DNA of 64,000 bases from Chiloscyllium plagiosum (Eukaryota), in the NCBI RefSeq assembly GCF_004010195.1, contig NC_057752.1, forward strand, positions 15,581,031 to 15,645,030. Direction: 5' to 3'. The notes beneath the pieces were generated by a model. The model was given only the letters and a program-made list of their open reading frames with translations, was not told where the DNA came from and searched no databases. Positions 51,001 to 63,602 of the stretch are shown here, piece after piece. The position numbers and the translations under genes were made by a program. Position 1 is the first letter of the stretch, and every line of letters starts with the position of its first letter.

Positions 51001-51160
51001 AAGAGGCATTTGGATGGTTATATGAATAGGAAAGGTTTGGAGGGATAAGAGCCGGGTGCTGGCAGACGGGACTAGATTGGGTTGGGATATCTAGTCGGCA
51101 TGGACGGGTTGGACCGAAGGGTCTGTTCCATGCTGTCCATCTCTATGACTCTATGACTCC
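48050..51160 (+). mobile_element. CR1 LINE: 5' UTR and ORF1 start (48050-48550) plus ORF2 RT to tail (49030-51160), with the interior replaced by unrelated DNA
   Basis: MWEVRVTTRVSNDFICE...[32 protein letters not shown], a 196-aa C-terminal ORF at 50458-51048, and a (CTCTATGA)n tail. Confidence 0.88.
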
Positions 51161-51169
51161 ATAATAAAA

Positions 51170-52591
51170 TATTTGGAGAGGATGAAGTAGTTTGTTATGC
51201 CCTTACTTCAGCAAGAGACTCTCTGACCCCTTTTATCACTCTAAGTCCTAACATGGGGTATAGAATAGTTCTAAATTAATTACAGGGTTATGGACTTCCT
51301 CCAGTAAATCCGCGATACCCTTTACAAATTGCTACAATGGTCATGGATAGGGGTGCACTTTTGTAAAAGTTCCTAAACTTATCACCTGTGCCATGATAAA
51401 ATGCATCAGTCGTCACTGCTTCATTGAAGGACCTCGCAGCTCATGTGTATGCCTTTAAAAGGAATGTGTCTCTGTTACCACTGCTGTTCAAACCCTTTAT
51501 AGGTGGGTAACAACACCCACATTCATTATAATACCTCTAATAGCACTAATATTTTCCCAATTATTGGATGGATAGAATCATTCTGGGATGTTGGCCACGT
51601 CTCTTATCAAGAGACCTCCCTCATTCGACTGAATGCTTTTCTGCCTTTTCGTTTGGTACCAAACTAAATAATCATGGATTACCCAGATACCCCAGGAAGT
51701 CCCAAAGATAGGCCCGCTTCTTATTGGCAAGCTCTCTCCACTATCTGTACTAAACCTGCATATTATTTTTTTCAGTTTGTCCTGAAACACCAAAATTGGA
51801 CAAAATACTTTGTCCTGAATAGAGCAACGACTCTTCATGCTGTAGCTGCAGGAACACTATTTCCAACTATTGTTTCCTGTCCAATTACCTGGCAACGAGA
51901 TTCAAATTCCCCTGTTAAACGTTCAGTTTCTTTTGACTTTTGTGCAGAATGGAAGAATCCAAAGGCCATATCAAGAAGTAAAACTCAATCATTATCATAT
52001 GCAGCTCTTAGTGTTTTTTCCGTAGGATGGTCGTCAGGAGTTATTAGTCATCAAAACCCTAATTCCATAATTATCTCATTTGTGGACTCACGATTTTAGG
52101 AAATGAGACACCTTTGCCCTAATAGAAATTAGGGACATACTTTCAGAATTGTGCCTATTTCCCCAACAAAACCGCTATGCATTCGATTACATACATGTGA
52201 AAGTAGGTGGAGTTTGTGCCATAGTCAAAGGAAAGTGCATCATAAAGGTCACTAATTTTATCGAAAACATTACGAGACAGAGAGATAATATCCGCACTTT
52301 TATCAACCAAATCAATGAAGGTGCAGGATGGGGAGATTGGGTTTTGACTCATGGTACAACTGGCTAATCAATATGGCTATGTATGTTGCTTTAGTTGGTC
52401 TTTTTGTTGGTATTGCTATTGTTAAATGTATTATTGCTAAAATATTAGCTTCTATTGACATCATTGGTTCCACCCAGAAAATACTTCTTCTCCACTCAGA
52501 TGGTGGTGAGGAAGCACCAGTGCCTGCCCCGGGTTACTCTTCGGAGGAAGAGGGAGCATGGCAATCATTCGCTGTCATTAAATTAATTTAA
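51170..52591 (+). pseudogene. env: Decayed endogenous retroviral env gene (gamma/epsilon-type TM subunit)
   Basis: PVKR|SV cleavage-like site, heptad region, QQNRYAFDY...GGVCAIVKGKC (immunosuppressive domain and CX6C), W-rich segment, TM MAMYVALVGLFVGIAIVKCII. Several frameshifts. The 5' limit is uncertain. Confidence 0.82.
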
Positions 52592-52635
52592 TCCATGCCT
52601 TTATGATGCGGTCATGGGATGATCAAAGTGTGGAA

Positions 52636-52850
52636 TGAGGATCTAAAATTTGAATTCAGACTGTTGTCAGGAGCAACAGGTGTACGTAGATTTATATTAA
52701 CCACAAAGTGGCTTTTCAATTTAAAATAACACAACAAATGGTTGCAAGTAATGATTTGACTCTGTAAACTTGAACTGATGCTTTGCTAAGTTGATTGTAT
52801 TTAGAGATAAAATGGAACAATGGATTTTTCAAATTATGAATCTTTTGATA
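52636..52850 (+). mobile_element. Probable ERV 3' LTR start
   Basis: TGAGGATCT follows the env stop and a decayed purine tract. The first ~70 bp match 48552-48620. Confidence 0.55.
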
Positions 52851-54349
52851 ATATTCCCCACAGTAGGCTCATTGTTGGTTTCGTAAGTTTGCCGATAACA
52901 CAATGGTCAGTGGCGTTCTGGATAGTGACGAGGGCTGTTGCAGGTTACAACAAGACATTGACAGGGTGTAGAGCTGGCTTGAGAAGTGGTAGATGGAGTT
53001 CAACCTGGATAAATGTGAAGTGATTCATTTTGGAAGATTGAGTTTGAATGCTGAACACGGGGTTAAAGACAGGATTCCTGGCAGTGTGGAGGAACAGCAT
53101 GATCTTGAGGTCCATGTACACAGATCCCTCGAAGTTGCCAATCAAGTTGATGGGGCTGTTAAGAAGGCGTATGGTGGTTTTGGTTTTCATTAACGAGGGA
53201 TTGAGTTTAAGAGCTGACAAACATTTCTCATCCATGTATTTATCTAAATGTCTTTTAAACGTTGTAACTGTACACACATCCAGCACTTCCTCTGGAGGTT
53301 CATTCCACACACAAACCACTCTGTGTGTAAAACAAAATGCCCTCATGCCTTGTTTTCAATCTTTCTCCTTGCACATTTAAAATATGCCCTTAGTCTGAAA
53401 ATTCCCCACCGGAGGGAAACAACAGCTGCCATTCACCTCATTTATACACCTCATGATTTACTCCAGTGAAAACAGTCCCAGCCTATCCAGCCTCTCCTTC
53501 TGACTGAAGCCTTCCATTCCTGGGAACATTCTGGTTAGTCTTTCCAGAAGAAGCTCCAGCTTAATTTTATCCATGCTGCAAGAGGGCGACCAGAACTGGA
53601 CACATTACCCCCGTTCTGGCTGAGATAAACAGTGAAGTGACGGTTGAAGTGGGGTTGCTGATTGTGACAAGCTGAGACCCTGTGGCAAAACCTCTCAACG
53701 GGGAGGGCCCAATCATTTAGGATGGCACGGTGTCTCAGTGATTAGCACTGCTGCCTCAAAGCACCAGGGGCCTGGTTTCAGTTCCAGCCTCAGGCCATTC
53801 TGTGTGTGGAGTTTGCACATTCTCCCTGTGTCTGTGTGGGTTTGCAGCCAATTTCCTCCAGAAATCAAAGATGAGCAGGTGAATTGATCGTGCTAAATTG
53901 CGCACTGTGTTCAGAGATGTGTAGGTTAGGTGCTTTAATCAGGGATAAAATGTAGAGTCATAGGGTAGGGGAATGGGTCTGGGTGGGGTCTCTTGAGAGG
54001 GTCGGTGTGGTCTTGTTTGGCCAAATGGCCTGTTTCCACTCTGTAGGGATTCTATGATGAAAACACGGGATGGGGTTACTTGAGCTATTTTTTACCCTAA
54101 GAATGTGTCAGTTGAATTTCTTCATCTCAAGAGAGCGGCAGAGCCCTCCAAAATGTGTCCATCGCCAGGAAGTTAACTCGCCTGTCGTAATCTTTGTTTG
54201 TGAATTCTCCATAAAATAATCAACTCTAAAATGTTATAAACCCATTTTCCCCTCGCAGTTCCTGCAGGGTATAAAATAAGGGTGTTTATCCCGCTCTGAA
54301 TCAGAGAGATTATTTGCAGCATAAAGTGATTGATCTCTTCACTCAGAAG

Positions 54350-55095
54350 ATGCATCTACCAGTCCAAATGGTCAGGAAGATATTCTGTGTTGCAATAGCT
54401 ATACTCGGTTTGCCTGGTAAGGGTCTGTGAGTGTTGAGAGTAGGGTTGTTATGATGCAGTGGTCGTGTCCCGATCCCTGAACTTAATCAGGCCTGGATAC
54501 AAGTACCCCCTGTTCCCCATGTGTTTCTCACATCTCAGTGCAAGTTGATTAAAAGTGTCTCGAATGTTGCATGAGACAAATTGTTTTGAACAATTGCTGC
54601 CTTGGAGAAGTTATTGTATCGGATTCATTTGGAGGAGATCTGCTGAGGACTAGCTGAGTTGCACATCAGCTCACTTAAAAAACATTTTGAGTTGGCAGAA
54701 CGCTTGGTAAGAACACACTGGATCGGAGGGAAAGTTCTGAGTATAGTTGAGTTGGAGGAATGCCTGCTAAGAACAAGCTGAATTGGAGAGAAAGCTGCCA
54801 TAAGGAAGCTACTCCGGATAATATCTCCCAATTCAGAAACAAAAAATCCCATGACATAAATTCAGAGTGAAACCTATTCCCGATTTTTAAAGAGTGACTG
54901 GAAGAAGACCAAAACATTATATTTACTGAAAAATCTGTATGAAGAAGACTTGGTGGCAAAGGTGCATGTTTAGTAGCACAGTCACATCATCTCTCACAGT
55001 GAATTTACTGGCACTTGAGATTTTATTCAAAGGCAAGTGTGGAATCACCCCACGCACCACACCTTACCTGGTTGCCATGGCAAAATTGGATCTAC
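54350..55095 (+). pseudogene. Truncated GPR139-like GPCR pseudogene (exon 1 54350-54416; exon 2 start 55000-55095)
   Basis: MHLPVQMVRKIFCVAIAILGLP|VNLLALEILFKGKCGITPRTTPYLVAMAKLDL, then a CR1 tail. The rest of exon 2 was not found. Confidence 0.9.
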
Positions 55096-56183
55096 ATAGA
55101 GTCATAGAGTCATAGAGATGTACAGCATGGAAACAGACCCATCGGCCCAACCTGTCCAAGCCGATCAGATATCCCAATCCAATCTAGTCCCACCTGCCAG
55201 CACCCGGTCCATATCCCTCCAAACTCTTCCTATTCATATACCCATCCAGATGCCTCTTAAATGTTGTAATTGTACCAACCTCCACCCAATCCTCTGCCAG
55301 CTCATTCCATACACGTACCACCATCTGCGTGAAAAGGTCTCTTTTGTATCTTTTCCCTCTCACACTAAACCTATGCCCTCTAGTTCTGGACTCCCCGATC
55401 CCAGGGAAAATACTTTGTCTATTCATCCTATCCATGCCACTCATAATTTTGTAAACATCTATAAGGTCACCCCTCAGCCTCCGATGCTCCAGGAAAAAAA
55501 GCCCCAGCCTTTCAGCCTCTCCTCTATAGCTAAAATCCTCCAGCCCTGGCAACATCCTTGTAAATATTTTCTGAATCCTTCCATGTTTCACAACATCTTT
55601 CTGATAGGAAAGAGACCAGAATTGCACGCAATATTCCAACAGTGGTCTGACCAATGTCCTGTACAGCTGCAACATGACCTCCCAATTCCTGTACTCAATG
55701 TTCTGACTAATAAAGGAAAGCATACCAAACGCCTTCTTCACTATTCTATCTACCTGCGACTCCACTTTCAAGGAGCTATGAACCTGCACTCCAAGGCCGC
55801 TTTGTTCAGCAACAATCGCTCGGATGTTACCATTAAGTGTTTAAGTCCTGCTAAGATTTGCTTTCCCAAAATGCAGCACCTCACATTTATCTGAATTAAA
55901 CTCTATCTGCCATTTCTCAGTCCATTGCCTATCTGGGCCAGACCCTGTTGTAATCTGAGGTAATCTTCTTCGCTGTCCACTACACTTCCAATATTGGTGT
56001 CATCTGCAAACTTACTAACTGAACCTCTTATGCTCGCACACAAATCAATTATGTAAGTGACAAAAAGTAGAGGACCCAGCATGGATCCTTGTGGCATTCC
56101 ACTGGTCGCAGGCCTCCAGTCTGAAAAACAACCCTCCACCACCACCCTCTGTTGTCTACCTTTGAGCCAGTTCTGTATCCAAA
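55096..56183 (-). mobile_element. CR1 LINE disrupting GPCR exon 2
   Basis: 201-aa RT C-terminal ORF (55184-55789), KFADDT, and a (CATAGAGT)n tail at 55096. Confidence 0.92.
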
Positions 56184-56908
56184 TAGAGTCATAGACTTAT
56201 AGAGATGGAAACAGACCCTTTGGTCCAACCCGTCCAAGCCGACCAGATATCCCAACCCAATCTAGTCCCACCTGCCAGCACCCGGCCCATATCCCTCTCA
56301 ACCCTTCCTATTCATATACCCATCCAAATGCCTATTAAATGTTGCAATTGTACCAACCTCCACCACATCCTCTGGCAGCTCATTCCATACACATACCACT
56401 CTTAGCAGGACGTATACGCTTAATGGTAAGGTCCTAGGGAGTATTGTTGAACAAAGAGACCTTGGAGTGCAGGTTCATTGCTCCTTGAAAGTGGAGTCGC
56501 AGGTAGATAGGATAGTGAAGAAGGCGTTTGGTGTGCTTTCCTTTATTGGTCAGAGTATTGAGTACAGGAGTTGGGAGGTCATGTTGCGGCTGTACAGGGC
56601 ATTGGTTAGGCCACTGTTGGAATATTGCGTGCAATTATGGTCTCCTTCCTATCGTAAAGATGTTGTGAAACTTGAAAGGGTTCAGAAATAATTTACAAGG
56701 ATGTTGCCAGGTTTGGGGTATCTGAGCTACAGGGAGAGGCTGAACATGCTGGGGCTGCTTTCCCGGGAGCGTCTGAGGCTGAGGGGTGACCTTATAGAGG
56801 TTTACCAAATTATGAGGGGCATGGATAGGATAAATAGTCAAAGTCTTTTCCGTGGGGTAGGGGAGTCCAGAACTAGAGGGCATAGGTTTACGGTGAGAGG
56901 GGAAAGAT
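56184..56908. mobile_element. CR1 copy with an internal inversion (3' end minus 56184-56400; upstream part plus 56401-56908)
   Basis: The plus piece ends at RGER and the minus piece starts at VVCVWNELP. The two points are nearly contiguous in the sister copy at 50890-50950. Confidence 0.8.
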
Positions 56909-57470
56909 TTTGCTAGTTCTGTCGGGAGGAATTTAAATTAGTCTGGCAGGGGGGAGGGAACACAGGATATTGATGAAATAGAGACACATCATGCTACAGC
57001 AAAGGAAGCAAGTCAGAGTGAGTTCAGCTACGTTTAGTGTCAAGAGAGTAAGGCAAGGTTGGATGGTCTTAACTTTAACATGAGGAATGTAATAGGTCAG
57101 ATTGACATGTTATTGGTGTGGATTGACACATGAAAGTACGATGTTGTTATCATCACAGAAACATGGTTGCGGGAAGGGCTGGCCTGGCAACTTAACATTC
57201 CTGGGTACAGGATCTTTAGGCGAGACAGAGGAGGGTGTACAAAGGGTGGTGGTGAAACACTATTAATGAAGGAGTCGATTACTGTAAGAAGGAGAGATGT
57301 TATTTTCGATGGGTCCTCAAACAAGGCTTTGTGGGTAGAACGTCGGAATGTTAAGGGGACAGTTACTTTACTGGGAGTGTACTATTGTCCCCCAAAGCGT
57401 CAATGGGAAATAGAGGAATAAACATGTAAATGGTTCAAAGAGATGTGAAAAAATAATAATCGGTAATTGT
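56909..57470 (+). mobile_element. Old CR1 fragment (ORF1 end and APE start)
   Basis: ITETWLREG...WQLNIPGYRIFRRDR...GGG...LGVYYCPP. Confidence 0.8.
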
Positions 57471-57479
57471 ACAGAAAAA

Positions 57480-58490
57480 TATACGTTAAAAAAACCTTTC
57501 CCCCGACTACATCCACTCCAAACACACTTGGGGTTGGACAACAAGGGGTTAAATAGAGTCACTCAACTCATTAGAAGTCAAAGTAAACTAAACCTCAAAT
57601 CCCCTTGGGTCAACCCCATCAATCTCACTTGGGACAGGGACAACATGAATCCTTGTTTCTTTCAGAAACTCCAAAATGCAAATGGGAAAATAATTACATT
57701 GGAACAGAAACATACTAAATGACAATACCATCTTCCAGGCTGGTGATGTACTCCAGCTCCAACAGTGCCCACCGGTCTCTAAATGCATCGACGATGCTGG
57801 TGATGACCAGGTGCTCCCTCTCTAGGGACACCCGAGGGCAGATATAACTGTGAAAGAAGGGCAGACAGTCAGGAGTGACAAGCCCCTCCTCGGCCTGCTG
57901 CCTGGACCTGTTAATGGCCATCTTGACCAGGCCCAGGAGCAGAGACATGAGAAGGCCTGTAGACTTGTCCGCTCATCCCCACACCTGGTGTCAGTAGATC
58001 AGGAAGGTGGGACTGAAATGTAAACAACATTTTAACAGCAGCCCCTTCAAAAACCGAACAAGAAGCTGCAAATGGACACACTGGAAATACACATGGAAAA
58101 CCGTCTCCTCCAGGCCACAGAACGTGTGTGTGGTCTGACACCCGGTGAACTCCCTCAGCTGACAGTTGTTTGGGACCACTGCAGGCAGCATTCTCCACAC
58201 CAGATCCCTGGGGTAAGAGGGGAGCACCCCTTTGTCGATGACCGTCCGACAGAGGGAAAACGTCACACCAAGGCACGGCTGGGCAGTGGGCTGAGGCGTA
58301 AAAGTGGAGAATGTGCAGCATCAGCCCGTACAGACAACGCCTCAGTGCTGTTCGAAAAGACACCGGGAGGATTTCCCTCAGACAGCTCAGATTGTGGAAC
58401 ACCCTGTCACGGGGGAGGGTACGGGCTGTGGGGCTGATGTCGAGTTCCAGACAGACAGGGGTCAGAATACTGTCTCCGTTCTTGCTCCAG
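57480..58490 (-). mobile_element. Tx1/L1-clade LINE 3' portion
   Basis: LPSYPRDLVWRMLPAVVP...FCGLEETVFHVYFQC (zf-RVT-like) and LLLGLVKMAINRSRQ. Paralogous to 33945-35210. Confidence 0.8.
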
Positions 58491-58727
58491 AGGACATTGT
58501 GTGACACTGATCGTTCCCCATTTATTCATGTTCATCCATTGGTCTTCATGCAGTAGTCTCTGGTGTGACTTAACTGTGCTGTTTAATGGCATCCTTTTAT
58601 TAATGCTCTGAGTACCATTTTCATCATTGCTAATATTATACACATTTGCTCCGACAGAAACTTCCTTTTCCTCCATCCTATTTCTGTTATCCATTCCCCT
58701 TCACATGGTGTGGCATTACCATTTGTT

Positions 58728-59617
58728 TTATTGATGCTGACATTGAATAATTCGCTTAAAAGGAAACATCAACACGTTTGTGAACTTTTCTCTGAACTTG
58801 GACAGTGTTGCTACATAAATAAGTGTGTTTGTACAGCAGTTTATATCCCGGAGCATATTTGCGACATATCTGAAGACATATTCAGAATTATTGTCTAATA
58901 ATGGATCTAAAGTATTAAAATATTTCAAAAGGTACCACATCCATAGAAGGATGAAGCTACTGGATATTGCGAAGAGTAAAATGATAGACTTTCTTCTGCT
59001 CTCCATCTCTGGGTCACAATGATTCTGCCCCTTGCTCTGATCCCTCAGTCTCTTATGGGCTCGACTGGCCACTAAAGTGTACCTGACTGTCAGAGTGTTG
59101 ATCAACAGAATTAAAGCAAACGGGAGCATTGGAGTTAAGACCTTTTCAAACCTATTGAATCCTACCCGTACGGGATCACTATAATATGCTTCAGTATTGG
59201 TGCAGAGCCACTCGACATTGTTAATGATTCGTTTAGCTTCGTACCTGAAGTAGGTGGGAATGTTTTTGAAACAGAGCAGGATGCCTGTTGTTGCTAGAAC
59301 CACTGCCGCAGTTTTCTTGGTGCAATATTTCATTTTCAACTTCTGGCAACAAATGGCAACAAATCGATCAAAGGTAAAAATGACGGTGAACCAGGCAGAA
59401 CAATCAGTGGCAGCACGGCGCAGGGTGTAGTGAACTCTGCAGACAGTCGTCACATCCAAGAAATTCAGAGGGAAATAATAATCATTGATCCGGTACAATA
59501 TGACCTCAAGGATGATGTACAGCAGATCCGCTGTCACCATGGCAACCAGGTAACACGTGGTGCATGGAGACATTCCACATTTTCCGTTGAATAAAATCCC
59601 AAGTGCCAGTAAATTCA
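58728..59617 (-). CDS. Exon 2 of intact GPR139/GPR142-like class A GPCR (gene B, 318 aa with exon 1)
   Basis: Open frame with the same motifs as gene A. About 89% identical by hand count (~34 differences in 314 aa). Acceptor ctcccacag|TG. Confidence 0.93.
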
Positions 59618-60980
59618 CTGTGGGAGAGTGAAGGGAAAGGGAATTAGAAATTACAGAAAAAATGTTCGCAGTTTCTGAGGACAGTCCATTTAACAAAACA
59701 AATTAGCCATGACTTCAACAGGTCTGCAAGTTGGACAGATCAGAGTAAAGTTCAGGTTGAACAGGTATCAGTCGGAGCCACGTATCAGACTGCTCACCGG
59801 AAGCAGGTCAGTGGGGAATTGTGTGTCTGAAGCTGGAGAAGTGCAACTTTGGAGTAGACCCTCTGCCCCACCGGCTGCAACGTGTTCAATTTCCTTTTCT
59901 GTTGCAAAGTGTGTTACCTGCCAAGAAATACTCACCACCCATTAGACTCACCCTCTGAATTGGGTGTCTGTCCTTCACACGTCATATTTTGTGGTCTTAC
60001 CTCCTTTAGATCAGCCTTACTCACCGCTACTTTTAACTCTACCCGCAACTCCCCAGCCTTATTAACGAGCCCATCCTTTTTGGTAATTTACAAAACTTTG
60101 GAGCAGCATGGTGGCTCTGTGTTTAGCACTTCCCAGCGCTAGGTACCCGAGTTTGATTCCAGTCTTGGGTGACTGTCTTTGCGGAGTTTGCACATCCTCC
60201 CTGTGTCTGCGTGGGTTCGTTTGTATGCTCCAATTTCCTCTCACAATCTAAAGATGTGCAGGTTCGGTGAATTGGCCTTGCTGCATTGCTCAAAGTGTGC
60301 AGGGATGTGTGGGTTAGTTGCGATGTTAGGGGTAAATATCGGGTGGAAATGGGTCTGGGTGGGTTACATTTTGTAGGCTTGGTGTGGACATGTTGGTCTG
60401 AAGGGCCTGTTCCCACATTATAGGGTTTCCAAAAAGGAAAGAAAAATCAAGGATTTTGTTTTCACTTTCATACTTGTTTCAGCAGTGAGTCAAGGGCTTG
60501 GTCATATATTACTGTACTAGACATCGGTTAGATTTCCCTTGATTCCTTCATACAGTTTGGCACACAACTTCCATTTGAACTGTGTCTCTGTGATGAGATG
60601 CCAGTTGATGTGAGGGTGGATGCTGGTGGAGAGCTCTGTAGATCTGTTCCCACGGCTCCACATACCACCAAGTGAAATGTAACTGCACAAGAATATATCC
60701 TATCAAGTTACATTTCACACAAAACTATCTGTCAAACAGGTTCCTCAGCAAACACAATTGCTTGTTTGCCATCAGGTTAAAACATGTTCAACAAGTATGA
60801 CATATTTGATTGACACGGAATTCAGGAATTCAGGGAACTAAATGGTGATCGCAATTAAATGTCCCAAAAAACACTCTCTCCCGCTCTCCCTCTCTCCCTG
60901 TCCTGCTTTCTCTCCCTCTCTCTCACCCACTCTCTCTCTCTATTTTCCTGTTCCCGACAGGAGCAAAGAACAAACAGGTT

Positions 60981-61297
60981 TAGATTAGATTAGATTACTT
61001 ACAGTGTGGAAACAGGCCCTTCGGCCCAACAAGTCCACACCGACCCGCCGAAGCGCAAGCCACCCATTACCCTACATTTACCCCTTTACCTAACACTACG
61101 GGCAATTTAGCATGGCCAATTCACCTGACCTGCACATCTTTGGAGTGTGGGAGGAAACCGGAGCACCCGGAGGAAACCCACGCAGACACGGGGAGAATGT
61201 GCAAACTCCACACAGTCAGTCGTCTGAGTCGGGAATTGAACCCGGGTCTCTGGCGCTGTGATGCAGCAGTGCTAACCACTGTGCCACCGTGCCGCCC
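60981..61297 (-). mobile_element. Young full-length HE1-like SINE in the gene B intron
   Basis: (TAGAT)3 tail and clean A/B boxes. Empty site caggtt|ctcctg at ~37716 in gene A. Confidence 0.92.
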
Positions 61298-61970
61298 TTC
61301 TCCTGCAAGCATGGAGAAATTCTGAAAAAACAGGCACAGTTTGACGAACAGATTATTTCTGAACACAAAATGAAAAGGTGTTGGATGCTCCACAACATTT
61401 GTTCTGTGTTTCTACACGTGTGGTCATTCCACTCAACATGCATCTTTGCCTATGAAGTCTTGTACATACAGATTCTTCAGAAAATATTATGTTTTGATGT
61501 TCTTCCAGTCTCGCCTTCAAAATAGGAAATTTTTTCACTCTGAACTGATGAATGGGATTTTTTGTTTCTGAATTGGGAGAGATTATCCAGCTTCTTTATG
61601 GCAGCTTACTCTCCAATTCAGTTTGTTCTTAGCAGCCCTTCCTCCACCTCAATTATATCCTCAGAACTTTCCCTCCAATTTAGCGTGTTCTGCCAACTCC
61701 ATATTTTTAAAATAAGCTTCTGTGCAACTCAGCTTGTTCTCAGCAGGTTCCCTCCAAATGAATCAAAGACGTCTCCAAGACAGTCACTGTTCAAAACATA
61801 TTGACTTATGCAGCCTCAACAATTCCAGACACTTGTAATCAACTTGAACAAATATGTGAGAAACAAATGGGGAACAGGGGGTATATGTACCCAGGCCTGC
61901 TTTAGTTCAGGGATAGGGACACTACCACAGCGCCACAAGAGCCCGACCCTCAACAATCACAGACACTTAC

Positions 61971-62037
61971 CAGGCAAACCAAGTATAGCTGTTGCAATGT
62001 AGAATAAGTTCCTGACCATTTGGATTGGTCGATGCAT
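61971..62037 (-). CDS. Coding exon 1 of gene B (MHRPIQMVRNLFYIATAILGLP-G)
   Basis: aaaATG start, G|GTAAGT donor, phase 1. Total 957 nt, in frame with exon 2. Confidence 0.88.
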
Positions 62038-63602
62038 TTTCTGAGTGAAGAGATCAATTACTTTGAGCTGTGAACTCTCTCTGATCCAGAATGGAATGAA
62101 GCCCCTTATTTTATTCTCTGCAGTGACTGCCAGGGGAAACTGTGGTTGTAACATTGTTAGAGTTGAGTATTTTCTGAAGAATTCACAAACAAGGGTTACG
62201 ACAGCTGAGTTAACTCCTGGTGATAGAGATGTTTTGGACAGCTCTGCAGCTCAATTGAGAGGAAGAAATTCAATTGACACATTCTTCGCTTCAAAGATAT
62301 CTCAAAGTACTCCCACTCAGCGTTTTCATTATAGAATCCCTGCAGCGTGGAAACGGGCCAGCATCTGGCCCAACAGGTCCACGCTGACCCACTCAAGAGT
62401 AACCCATCCAGACCCATTCCACTACAACACTACCTTATTCCTGACTAATGCACCTAACCTACACATTGCTGAATAATATTGGCGATTTAGCATGGCCAAT
62501 TCACGGAACCTGCACATCTTTGAATTGTGAGTGGAAACCAGAGCAAACCCACGCAGAAACAGGGATAATGTGCAAATTCCACACACGCAGCGGCCTGAGG
62601 CTAGAATTGAAATGGGTCCCTGGTGCTTTGAGGTAGCAATGCTAACCACTGAGACACTGCCGCTCTAAATGATTGGGCTCTCCCCGGTGGTAGGTCTTGC
62701 CGCAGGGTCTGTGCTGACTGTGTCAGCTCTCTGTCAGAGCAGCTCAGCTTGTCTCAATCAGTAATCCCACTTCAACCATCACTTCACTGTTTCCCTCGGC
62801 CAGATCAGGAGTAATGCGTCCAGTTCTGGTCGCCCTGTTATAGAAAGGATAAAATTAAGCTGGAGAGTGTTCAGAAAAGATTTACCAGGATGTTCCGAGG
62901 ACTAGAAAGTTTCTGTTGTAGGGAGAAGTTGGATAGGCTGGGACTGTTTTCACAGAATCGCAGGAGGTTGAGTGGTGACCTTATAAAGTTTTGTAAAAAC
63001 ATAAGGTGTAAAAATGAGGTGAATGGAAGTTATCTCTTTTCCCTCTGGGGGGGAATTTCCAGATTAGGTGCAATCTTTAATGTGAAAGGAGAAAGATTGA
63101 TAACAGACATGAGGGTATTATGCTTTGTGTGCAGAACGAACCCCCAGAGAAAGTGGTGGATGTGGATGTTTAAAAGGCATTTTACATAAATGTGAAATGG
63201 CAGGATATGGGCCAAGGGCGGGCAGATGGGACTGGCTTAGTTTGGAATCATGGTCAGCATGGACTGGTTGGACCTAAGGGTCTGTTTCCATTCTGTATGA
63301 CTCTCTGACTCTATGACTCTAGGATTGAGCTAATTAGTCAATGCCCTTCAGATGCAATCTTTCTTAACCACACTCCAAGACCATTCATTTCATATCCCTA
63401 CCACTGCCCTGTCAAAGGAACGTTTTGCATCAGGACACACTTTCTTTCATTGCTATTCAGTGTGTATCTGTGTCTTTGATGAACTTTCCCCCAACTTCTT
63501 TGGCTCATTGTGGATCTCCCTTTGCTTCTGTTACCTTTTTGAGTCTCTGCAGCACGCAATTTCTGGAAAGCGAAATCTCTATAACATTTCTCACCCTACA
63601 CC

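Noticed and set aside
51674..52591. Domesticated syncytin-like env
   Set aside because: Split over several frames with stops and no intact ORF.
55118..55894. 258-aa plus-strand ORF (and similar ones at 11084, 22895 and 50425)
   Set aside because: Antisense shadow frames of CR1 RT.
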